This document shows positions 38,821 through 45,602 of a stretch of 64,000 nt of DNA, piece by piece. Source of the stretch: Burkholderiales bacterium (GTDB taxonomy: Bacteria; Pseudomonadota; Gammaproteobacteria; Burkholderiales; Burkholderiaceae_C); contig JBBRSA010000015.1 in the NCBI GenBank assembly GCA_038245855.1, positions 8,920-72,919 on the forward strand, in the 5' to 3' direction. Within the stretch, counting starts at the first letter, position 1. Every line of letters starts with the position of its first letter. A program made the position numbers and the translations under genes. The notes beneath the pieces were generated by a model. That model was not told where the DNA came from. It saw nothing but the letters and a program-made list of their open reading frames with translations, and ran no database searches.

Positions 38821-39558
38821 ATGACACTGCTTCACCATCCTAATCAAAACCATTTGCTGGCCGCCTTGCCTGCGGCTGAGTTTGAGCGTCTGGCGCCGAA
38901 CCTGCAACTGGTGCCCATGCCGCTGGGTGAGATCCTTTACGAGTCCAGCGCCAAGCAAAGCCACGCCTATTTCCCCACCACCGCCATTGTTTCACTGCAT
39001 TACGTTACCGAGACTGGCGCTTCGTCAGAGATCGCTGGTGTTGGCTTAGAGGGTTTGGTGGGCGTGTCATTGTTCATGGGCGGCAACAGCACTCCCAGTG
39101 CCGCTGTGGTGCAGACAGCAGGCCATGCCTACCGTTTAGAGCGCAGTGTGCTCAAGCAGGAATTCGAACAGAGCGGCGTACTGCAAAGTCTGCTGCTGCG
39201 TTATACCCAAGCGCTAATGACGCAGATGTCCCAGATCGCCGTGTGTAACCGCCACCATTCGGTAGAGCAGCAATTGTGCCGCTGGTTATTGGGCACGCTA
39301 GACCGCATTCCGAGCGGCGAATTGGTGATGACGCAAGAGCTGGTAGCCAGCATGCTGGGTGTACGCCGCGAGGGCGTCACCGAGGCGGCTGGCAAGCTGC
39401 AGCAGGCGGGCTACATCCGCTACCGGCGTGGGCATATCTCGGTGCTGGACCGCACCGGACTGGAGTCGCGCGCGTGCGAGTGTTATGGCGTGGTCAAGAA
39501 AGAATTTGACCGCTTGTTGTCTGACGGGTTACATCGCCAGACCGAAGCCCCTGCCTGA
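38821..39558 (+). CDS. Crp/Fnr-family transcriptional regulator (cNMP-binding-like domain plus C-terminal HTH)
   Basis: LLAALPAAEFERLAPNLQLVPMPLGEILYE... beta-roll region. HTH is QELVASMLGVRREGVTEAAGKLQQAGYI. Alternative GTG start at 38797 overlaps the RR stop. Confidence 0.85.
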   Translation: MTLLHHPNQNHLLAALPAAEFERLAPNLQLVPMPLGEILYESSAKQSHAYFPTTAIVSLHYVTETGASSEIAGVGLEGLVGVSLFMGGNSTPSAAVVQTAGHAYRLERSVLKQEFEQSGVLQSLLLRYTQALMTQMSQIAVCNRHHSVEQQLCRWLLGTLDRIPSGELVMTQELVASMLGVRREGVTEAAGKLQQAGYIRYRRGHISVLDRTGLESRACECYGVVKKEFDRLLSDGLHRQTEAPA

Positions 39559-39592
39559 CGTTTTCGATTATTTGGTGATTGCGCGCACGCAA

Positions 39593-39608
39593 GGTGCGCT
39601 AGCGCACA
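39593..39608 (+). promoter_or_regulatory. CRP-type palindrome box 10 (GGTGCGCTAGCGCACA)
   Basis: 9/10 arm matches, followed by GAC. TATTCT at 39630-39635 (21 nt). Upstream of BON gene 39703. Confidence 0.6.
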
Positions 39609-39702
39609 GACGCTTTCCCCGCGCCTTCGTATTCTTGACCCGTCGCAGCAGGTGGCCCTAGGCCACCGGGTGAATATCCCTTATTTAATTGGAGAACTTA
39701 CG

Positions 39703-40017
39703 ATGAAAAAGAGTTTTAAAAGCATTTCTGCCACCATGGCAGCCATTGCCCTGATCACGCTGGCAGGTTGCGCTGCAACCCCTACCCACGAGGCAACAGG
39801 CCAGTATGTGGACGATTCCGTCATCACCACAAAAACTAAGGCGGCCATCTTCAATGATGCGACGCTGAAGTCGGCCGAAATCAATGTGGAAACTTTCAAG
39901 GGCAAGGTTCAATTGAGCGGCTTTGTGCGTAGCCAGGCCGATGTCAATCGGGCGGTTGAAATCGCCCGTGGCATTGACGGTGTGAAGTCCGTTAAGAACG
40001 ATATGAGCTTGAAATAA
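39703..40017 (+). CDS. BON-domain lipoprotein (single BON)
   Basis: GGAG RBS, lipobox LAGC, VETFKGKVQLSGFV. Confidence 0.9.
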   Translation: MKKSFKSISATMAAIALITLAGCAATPTHEATGQYVDDSVITTKTKAAIFNDATLKSAEINVETFKGKVQLSGFVRSQADVNRAVEIARGIDGVKSVKNDMSLK

Positions 40018-40046
40018 ATCGTGTTTATGCAAGCGTGGTCGGCTTG

Positions 40047-40062
40047 TGTGCGCAAGCGCACA
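40047..40062 (+). promoter_or_regulatory. CRP-type palindrome box 11 (TGTGCGCAAGCGCACA)
   Basis: Perfect arms, followed by GAC. TAATCT at 40084-40089 (21 nt). Upstream of 40178. Confidence 0.6.
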
Positions 40063-40177
40063 GACGTTCAACTTGTAAATCGTTAATCTACCCACTGCAC
40101 TCGGCGATGCGCGCCCAAAACGCGCATCGACCCAGCCGCATTTCTTCCATTTCACCCCCCATTAAGGACTACTGACT

Positions 40178-40462
40178 ATGTCAAAACGCGACGAATACAC
40201 TGCAAAAATGAAAACCCAGCTTGACGACCTGAACAAGCAAATGGACGACTTGTCTGCCAAGGCAAAAGACGCCAAAGCCGATGCCCGCGAAGCTTACAAC
40301 GCCGAAATGGCCAAGCTGCGCCACCAGTCCAAATTGGCAGTGGCCAAGTATGAAGAGATCAAAGCCGCTGGCGAAGACAAATGGGACAGCATGGTCGCCG
40401 AAATGGACAACATCAAAGATGCGTTTGTCCATTCGTTCAAATACTTCAAGTCGCAGATTTAA
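40178..40462 (+). CDS. small coiled-coil protein (94 aa), stress-island associated
   Basis: AAGGA RBS. Lys/Asp/Ala-rich helical sequence MSKRDEYTAKMKTQLDDLNKQMDDL... Confidence 0.75.
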   Translation: MSKRDEYTAKMKTQLDDLNKQMDDLSAKAKDAKADAREAYNAEMAKLRHQSKLAVAKYEEIKAAGEDKWDSMVAEMDNIKDAFVHSFKYFKSQI

Positions 40463-40510
40463 GGTTCGCGTGGAATGCCTGGGTTTAAACCCAGGCACCA
40501 CGAACCATAT

Positions 40511-40546
40511 AAAAAGGGGGCGTTCCGCAAGGAATGCCCCCTTTTT
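40511..40546. terminator. bidirectional Rho-independent terminator between convergent genes
   Basis: AAAAA-GGGGGCGTTCC-gcaa-GGAATGCCCCC-TTTTT. A second long hairpin lies just upstream at 40463-40506 (GGTTCGCGTGG...CCACGAACC with inner CCTGGGTTTAAACCCAGG). Confidence 0.8.
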
Positions 40547-40576
40547 ATATGGCAACCACGCAAGGGGCTGCGGCTA

Positions 40577-41389
40577 TCAGTCGCGTGGATCGCCGTTGCG
40601 GTTGACCAAAATGGTGCGCCCCGGCTCTTTGCTCATCTGAACCCGGTGCGTTTGGCCGCGGTACTTGTAAGTCACATCCCAATAGGTTGGTGTGGCGCTG
40701 GGTGTTTTTTCACAGCGTCGTACGTCGTGCTCGGTCGAAGGCGCGGTCGTGTTTCGGCCCACATTGGAGCCAATGTATCCACCCGCCGCCGCACCGCCTA
40801 CCGTGGCAATGTCTTTGCCAACACCGCCGCCGACCTGGTGGCCCAGGATGCCGCCAATCAACGCGCCAGCAATGGCGCCACCGACGTTGGGCCCGCCTCG
40901 GGTCGTGGCACCCGCTACCTGTTGCCGCTCGACCCAGCAACGTTCGTTGGGCGGGCCAACCACGGCACGCACGGACGTGACGGGTGCTTGCTGAAGACGT
41001 TCGTTGGGCCGCCTGCGGTATTCATAGGCACTCACATTGGTGGGCGCGTAAACATCGTCATCCATGTTGGCATGGGCATCGGCAGGGTGTACCGATGAAA
41101 TGCGGTTGTTCATGCCCATGGATTTCAGGGTGTCGTAATTGCCGGGGCGTAACACCACGCAGCGGCCCGCGTAACGCGCGTCCTCACACACCTCCCAGCG
41201 GCCCCGGTCCACGATCACGGAGGATGCGCGGTCATTGAACCCATGGCGGGCGAAATTTTCAACCGGTTTGTCGGTCAAAAAGGTGCGGCCTAAAAAGGAT
41301 TCGTTTTCATAAAAGGTGATTTGCGCACTGGCCACTGTGGCTAGGCCCAGCAGGGCAAGAGCCACGGTGCTTTTGAGGTGCAATTTCAT
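40577..41389 (-). CDS. secreted beta/gamma-crystallin-like domain protein with glycine-zipper segment
   Basis: GGAG RBS at ATG 41389 and a signal peptide. ITFYENESFLGRTF...NDRASSVIV...GRWEVCED...RISSV crystallin-type repeats, then GGAIAGALIGGILGHQVGGGVG. Confidence 0.7.
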   Translation of the reverse strand: MKLHLKSTVALALLGLATVASAQITFYENESFLGRTFLTDKPVENFARHGFNDRASSVIVDRGRWEVCEDARYAGRCVVLRPGNYDTLKSMGMNNRISSVHPADAHANMDDDVYAPTNVSAYEYRRRPNERLQQAPVTSVRAVVGPPNERCWVERQQVAGATTRGGPNVGGAIAGALIGGILGHQVGGGVGKDIATVGGAAAGGYIGSNVGRNTTAPSTEHDVRRCEKTPSATPTYWDVTYKYRGQTHRVQMSKEPGRTILVNRNGDPRD

Positions 41390-41406
41390 AGAGGACTCCG
41401 GTGCCG

Positions 41407-41556
41407 CTAAAGGGGGGAGCGTCCGCTGATGACGCGCAGCAAGACCATCACGATAGCGACCACCAGCAAGATGTGAATGAAACCACCCAGCGTGTAAGAG
41501 GTGACCAGTCCGAGTAGCCACAAGACGAGTAAGACGACGGCGATGGTGTAAAGCAT
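41407..41556 (-). CDS. lmo0937-family small membrane protein (49 aa)
   Basis: AAGGAA RBS. MLYTIAVVLLVLWLLGLVTSYTLGGFIHILLVVAIVMVLLRVISGRSPL. Confidence 0.75.
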   Translation of the reverse strand: MLYTIAVVLLVLWLLGLVTSYTLGGFIHILLVVAIVMVLLRVISGRSPL

Positions 41557-41609
41557 GGTGTGTTCCTTTAGAGTGTGCATGTATGGTGGTTCAAATGGCG
41601 GGAAAGCTC

Positions 41610-41625
41610 TGTTGGCTGGCGCACA
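41610..41625 (-). promoter_or_regulatory. CRP-type palindrome box 12 (rc TGTGCGCCAGCCAACA)
   Basis: 9/10 arm matches on the - strand, followed by GAG. CACCAT (rc of 41583-41588) 21 nt on. Upstream of ATG 41556. Confidence 0.5.
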
Positions 41626-41633
41626 CAAGGCAT

Positions 41634-41665
41634 AAAAAAAGACCGCTGTAGAGCGGCCTTTTTAG
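41634..41665 (-). terminator. Rho-independent terminator after csbD
   Basis: CCGCT-gtag-AGCGG hairpin flanked by A7 (plus strand) and T5. The - strand transcript ends in a U7 run. Confidence 0.6.
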
Positions 41666-41685
41666 GAGAGGGTCAGTGCAAGACG

Positions 41686-41865
41686 TTATTTCTTGATGTT
41701 TTTAACGGCTTGCTTGACGTCGCCAACATGCTCTTGAACCTTGCCTTCGGCTTGGCGCACCAGGCCCTTGGCTTGTTGCTTTTTGCTGTCGATCAGCTTT
41801 CCGGTTTCTTCTTGGATTTTTCCAGCGAGGTCTTTGGCAGCGCCTTTGATTTGGTCTTTGTTCAT
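41686..41865 (-). CDS. CsbD-family stress protein (59 aa; below the ORF-track cutoff)
   Basis: My translation is MNKDQIKGAAKDLAGKIQEETGKLIDSKKQQAKGLVRQAEGKVQEHVGDVKQAVKNIKK, the canonical CsbD pattern. Confidence 0.8.
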   Translation of the reverse strand: MNKDQIKGAAKDLAGKIQEETGKLIDSKKQQAKGLVRQAEGKVQEHVGDVKQAVKNIKK

Positions 41866-41986
41866 GGGTAATTCCTAGTAGTGAAGTTGCTTACTGATGC
41901 CCCGTTTTACCGGGACTCAGACCGTCTACCGAACAACGAAATTGTTGTGTCGATAGATTACTTTATGAAACTGCGGCACTTTGTTC

Positions 41987-42002
41987 GGTGCGCTGACCAA
42001 CA
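41987..42002 (-). promoter_or_regulatory. CRP-type palindrome box 13, degenerate (rc TGTTGGTCAGCGCACC)
   Basis: On the - strand TAAAGT (rc of 41960-41965) follows 21 nt on. About 120 nt upstream of the csbD ATG. Confidence 0.45.
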
Positions 42003-42146
42003 TAAGGGCGTTATTTCTATCTGTGCGGCCTATGTGCTCCAGCGAACGGAAATTGGGAGCGCCGCAGATTACCGTGTTACTTGCAAGTTCGCCCAACGGT
42101 GTGTTGTGGGGGCTGCATTTCTTCAGCATTTAACCCAAGGATTTTT

Positions 42147-42416
42147 ATGAAATATTCAATTGTTTTTCCGGCGCTGGTCGTTGCTATGGGACTGGTTGCC
42201 TGCGAACGTGCGGTGGTTGTTCCGGCGCCTGCGGTTGTGACGGTACCCGGTCCGGCAGGTCCAGCCGGGCCAGCAGGTGGAAATGGGGCGGTGGGTGCCA
42301 CCGGCGACACGGGGGCTACGGGTAATACCGGAGCTACGGGTGACACGGGTGCGGCGGGGCAGCGTGGAAAAACCGGTGGCGACACCGTGGTCGTTGTTCC
42401 GGCACCGACGCAGTAA
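42147..42416 (+). CDS. small lipoprotein with collagen-like Gly-X-Y repeats (89 aa)
   Basis: AAGGA RBS, lipobox LVAC, then 15 consecutive GXY triplets (GPAGPAGPAGGNGAVGATGDTGATGNTGATGDTGAAGQRGKTGGD) flanked by VVVPAP motifs. Confidence 0.65.
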   Translation: MKYSIVFPALVVAMGLVACERAVVVPAPAVVTVPGPAGPAGPAGGNGAVGATGDTGATGNTGATGDTGAAGQRGKTGGDTVVVVPAPTQ

Positions 42417-42451
42417 TGCCGTTGCGGAGCTGCGGATATAGCAATAAATTG

Positions 42452-42522
42452 CTATATAAAAAAGAGCAGCTTACGCAGGTTGCATGAGGTCTAGAGGCCC
42501 ATTTGAATGGAAAAATCCCCGG
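42452..42522 (+). repeat. copy 3 of the ~71-nt AT-rich repeat, preceded by a 22-bp palindrome
   Basis: ctatataaaaaagagcagcttacgcaggttgcatgaggtctagaggcccatttgaatggaaaaatccccgg. ATATAGCAAT-aa-ATTGCTATAT at 42436-42457 overlaps its 5' end. Confidence 0.75.
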
Positions 42523-42550
42523 CCCCGCTTGTAGCGTTGACCGGGGATTT
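42509..42550 (-). terminator. Rho-independent terminator of the DUF4398/OmpA operon
   Basis: AATCCCCGG...CCGGGGATT 9-bp stem. The - strand transcript continues with UUUCC. Confidence 0.6.
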
Positions 42551-42570
42551 ATTCCCTCCTCGTTGCAGCC

Positions 42571-43476
42571 TTATTTGGCAATAACAACGCCGCTATTCGG
42601 GGTGAAGATGATTTCCACGCGGCGGTTCATCTGGCGGCCCGCTGCCGTGTCGTTGGTGGCGGCAGGGTTGCTTTCACCCATGCCCCGCGTGCTGAGCTGG
42701 CTGGCAAGCACGCCCTGGCTCATCAGCGCCGCCATGACGGTCCTGGCCCTGCGATCTGAGAGTTCGAAATTGGCGGCCTTGCTGCCGACGCTGTCGGTGT
42801 AACCCTCGATGGATGCCTGCAGGGCCGTGTTGCGTTTGAAGGCTTCTGCCAAGCGAACCATATAGCCTGCACCCGCTGGCAGCAGGCGGTCTTGGCCGCT
42901 GTCAAACAGCACATCACCCAGGGTGATCACAAAACCACGTTCGGTTTTTTTGGCGTTGAGGTCTTTTAACTCCAACTCCAGCGCATGGGCACGGGCGTCG
43001 CTGTAGTCAACACGCGCTTGGTCCTGCTTGGCTGCGGCATCGGCCTGAGCCAGTTCGTTGGTTTTGCGGGCATTGCTGCGCTCAGAGGCTGCAAGTTGCT
43101 GGTGTGCCAGATCGGCCTCTGCCGTACGCTGGGCCAGGCGCAGTTTGTCGCGTTCGGCTGAGGCATTGGCGGTGATGGCTTGGGACGCTCGGCTGGACGC
43201 GGTCTCTTGCGCAATGACGACCCGTTGTGCTGTCATGTAGGACAGGTGGTCTACCGTGGCTTTGGGTTGCCCTTTGTCCCAGGCATGTTGTGCCTGATCC
43301 AGGGCGGCGCCTGCCTGCTTCAATTCTTCGGGTGCCAGTGTTACCACTTGTGCATCGTGCTGTGCCATGTTGAAGCTGCCGCGTGCGCGGTCCAGGTCGC
43401 TATTGCGTTCGGGCACGGTACTGCAGGCTGCCAGGGCAGCGGTAACGGCAATGAGGGTTAAGAGTCGGGTGGTCAT
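42571..43476 (-). CDS. OmpA-family lipoprotein with N-terminal DUF4398-like coiled coil
   Basis: AGGA RBS at ATG 43476, lipobox LAAC, EGYTDSVGSKAANFELSDRRA. The TTG at 43497 in the ORF track is unlikely. Confidence 0.85.
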   Translation of the reverse strand: MTTRLLTLIAVTAALAACSTVPERNSDLDRARGSFNMAQHDAQVVTLAPEELKQAGAALDQAQHAWDKGQPKATVDHLSYMTAQRVVIAQETASSRASQAITANASAERDKLRLAQRTAEADLAHQQLAASERSNARKTNELAQADAAAKQDQARVDYSDARAHALELELKDLNAKKTERGFVITLGDVLFDSGQDRLLPAGAGYMVRLAEAFKRNTALQASIEGYTDSVGSKAANFELSDRRARTVMAALMSQGVLASQLSTRGMGESNPAATNDTAAGRQMNRRVEIIFTPNSGVVIAK

Positions 43477-43493
43477 GGTGTTTCCTGGTGGGT

Positions 43494-43886
43494 TCAACGG
43501 GTGGTCGGACGGTTAATTTCTTCTTTGAGCGCACGTGCGGCGTCCTGAGACTCCAGCGCCGCCTTGCGGGAGCGCTCGGCTTCGGCATGTATCAGGGTCA
43601 CTTGGGCATCGACTTGGGTTTCATCGGCCAATTGCTGCGCAAGCACATAGTTTTTGTCGACCAACGCCTTGCGGGCGCTGATGAGTTTGGCAGTGGCAAT
43701 TTGCAGTTCGTTGGCTGCATTTTCGGCGTTGCTGGTGGTGTTGGCTTGCTGGACCGAGGCTTCGGCAACTGCCATCTTTTCGCTGAGCTCTAACGGCGCT
43801 GCGGCGAACGCTGGCAAGGCCAGCAGCAGTGTCAGCACAAGGGCGGGAGCAGACAGTCGGCTGTGAATACACAGTGGTTTTTTCAT
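43494..43886 (-). CDS. DUF4398-domain secreted protein
   Basis: Signal peptide, then a helical region ...ELQIATAKLISARKALVDKNYVLAQQLADE... typical of DUF4398. Confidence 0.75.
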   Translation of the reverse strand: MKKPLCIHSRLSAPALVLTLLLALPAFAAAPLELSEKMAVAEASVQQANTTSNAENAANELQIATAKLISARKALVDKNYVLAQQLADETQVDAQVTLIHAEAERSRKAALESQDAARALKEEINRPTTR

Positions 43887-43985
43887 GAATTTTCCTTGAG
43901 GTTCCGTGTGGCTACGGCAGGTGAAAGGGTCGGCCTGATAGGGTTTCGGGCTGTGGGCAGTGTCGGCTGCCTAATCTGTTTGGTC

Positions 43986-44001
43986 TGTGGGCTAGCGCAC
44001 C
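43986..44001. promoter_or_regulatory. CRP-type palindrome box 14 (rc GGTGCGCTAGCCCACA)
   Basis: GAC on both sides. - side: GACACT (rc of 43959-43964), 21 nt, for the DUF4398 operon. + side: ATTGGT at 44023-44028, 21 nt. Confidence 0.5.
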
Positions 44002-44137
44002 GACGCCGCAGTGGACGGCGTGATTGGTAGTGAGTGCGGCAACGCCGTTAGTCGCTTAGCAGAGCCCAATACACAGCCTTCCCACGGGGGCATGTGCAAA
44101 GGGCTGGGCACGCCCAGCAGCGCTGTGCCCAGTATGT

Positions 44138-44166
44138 GTGGGGCGCTATGCGCCCCACTTTTTATT
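44138..44166 (+). terminator. strong hairpin plus T5, oriented for a plus-strand transcript
   Basis: GTGGGGCGC-tat-GCGCCCCAC followed by TTTTTATT. The T-run overlaps the stop codon of the - strand gene 44162-45445. Confidence 0.6.
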
Positions 44167-45445
44167 GCGAGGTCATGTTGGTGCCCAAGGCACCCACTGC
44201 AACATATTTGAAGGTTGGGTTGATGACGCTAAACAGTGTCTTGGTGCCAGACGCCACGGTACTGGCGCTGCCGGTGCCACCACCGGTGGTGGTGGTTTGC
44301 GCCCAGGTGAGGTCCGCGCCGGTAGTACTGACAAATGCTGCCCCGCCGCTGCCTACCGCCAGGAATTGCACCGAGGAGGCGGTGATGGCATAGAAATCGT
44401 TGGACAAGCCAGTGATCGCAGTCCAACTCAGGCCATCACTACTTTGCCAGCCGGCCCCGCCCATTCCCAATGCAACATAAGAGAATATGGTGCCGTTTTG
44501 CTGGGCCGCGACCGCGCGCAAGTCATTGCCACTTGCGTTGCGACTAGTCCAAATATAGCCATCAGGGCTGGTCAGGATGGTGCCGCCCGCACCTACGGCA
44601 AACCACAAGCCGGTAGGGGAGTAGGAAACGCCGTATAAATTGACGCCGGTTGGGACCGTGGTGGCTGCGGTCCAGTTCGCCGTGTCGGTTGAGGTAAAGA
44701 TTTTTCCGCCATCACCCACTGCTATCGCCAGAGCGCCGCTAGTGGCCAATGCATTGATGCTGGTACCACCGCTGATGCTGCCCGTGATGCCTCCGACGGC
44801 GCCGGCCGTCCAGGTCACCAGGTCGGAGCTGCGGTAAATATTGCCAGTGGTATCTGCTGCAAGGAAGTAGCCCAATGCATTTTGGGCCGCAGTGAAATCG
44901 GCCGTTGGGCCTGTGATGGAAGTCCAGGTGGTACCGTCCAGGCTCTTGAACATGGCATTGCCAGTACCGACTGCTAGGTAATCTACGGTGGCGTCAGACG
45001 CCGTGCCGTAGGTCAAGCCCTTCAGGTTATTGGCGCCCAAAGCGGTGCCCGCAGTCCAATAACCACCCGCTGGGCGGGGAGTTACCGTGACCGATGCCGA
45101 GCTTGCGCCGCCGGGGCCGTTGTCGGTCCGGCCATTCATGGCAAAGGCGTAGGCGGTGCCGTTGAGCAACCCATTGATGACATAGGGCGAGGTGACACTG
45201 GTTTTCCAGTTGTAATTGGCGGGGAAGTTGGTGCCTTCGGTCGAAATGGAAGTGCCCGGCGCGTAGATGATCCAGTACTCCACATTGGGGTCCGCCGTCC
45301 AGCTGATAGTTACTTGCCCATCACCCGGTACCACGGTAATGCCACCTGCTGGTGGGGGGGCGGTATTACCGCCGCCAATGCAACCGCCCAATAGAACAGT
45401 AACAAACAGGGCGGCCAGTAATGATCGAAGGGAATGAAAAGTCAT
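44162..45445 (-). CDS. lipoprotein with FN3-like domain and BNR/Asp-box beta-propeller repeats (Ycf48-like)
   Basis: Lipobox LLGGC. Repeated SxDxGxTW-type motifs (SLDGTTWTS, SSDLVTWTA, STDTANWTA, SPDGYIWTS, SSDGLSWTA). Confidence 0.8.
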   Translation of the reverse strand: MTFHSLRSLLAALFVTVLLGGCIGGGNTAPPPAGGITVVPGDGQVTISWTADPNVEYWIIYAPGTSISTEGTNFPANYNWKTSVTSPYVINGLLNGTAYAFAMNGRTDNGPGGASSASVTVTPRPAGGYWTAGTALGANNLKGLTYGTASDATVDYLAVGTGNAMFKSLDGTTWTSITGPTADFTAAQNALGYFLAADTTGNIYRSSDLVTWTAGAVGGITGSISGGTSINALATSGALAIAVGDGGKIFTSTDTANWTAATTVPTGVNLYGVSYSPTGLWFAVGAGGTILTSPDGYIWTSRNASGNDLRAVAAQQNGTIFSYVALGMGGAGWQSSDGLSWTAITGLSNDFYAITASSVQFLAVGSGGAAFVSTTGADLTWAQTTTTGGGTGSASTVASGTKTLFSVINPTFKYVAVGALGTNMTSQ

Positions 45446-45602
45446 GGGTGCACACGCTGGCGTGTCCGAATGGTCGGGGTGGTATGGATAAAGGCTCGGC
45501 CATTTTAGAGTATCCGTGGCGCGCGTCGGACCGGTGAAGGCCGGTGAAGTATTGCAAAGTCCGTGCTGGCTATGGCGTGCCGTGCCGTGCCCTGCGGTCT
45601 AT

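Noticed and set aside
44011-44211. 66-aa plus-strand ORF in the gap after box 14.
   Set aside because: It has no RBS, a Cys/Gly/Pro-rich odd composition, and runs through the terminator hairpin into the convergent gene. The region is more plausibly non-coding (see the sRNA candidate).
45452-45465. Palindrome ACACGC-TG-GCGTGT just upstream of the BNR lipoprotein gene, considered as a further box.
   Set aside because: The arms are the reverse of the box arms (ACACG/CGTGT, not TGTGC/GCACA), the spacing is different, and it lies only 7-20 nt from the ATG over the RBS region.
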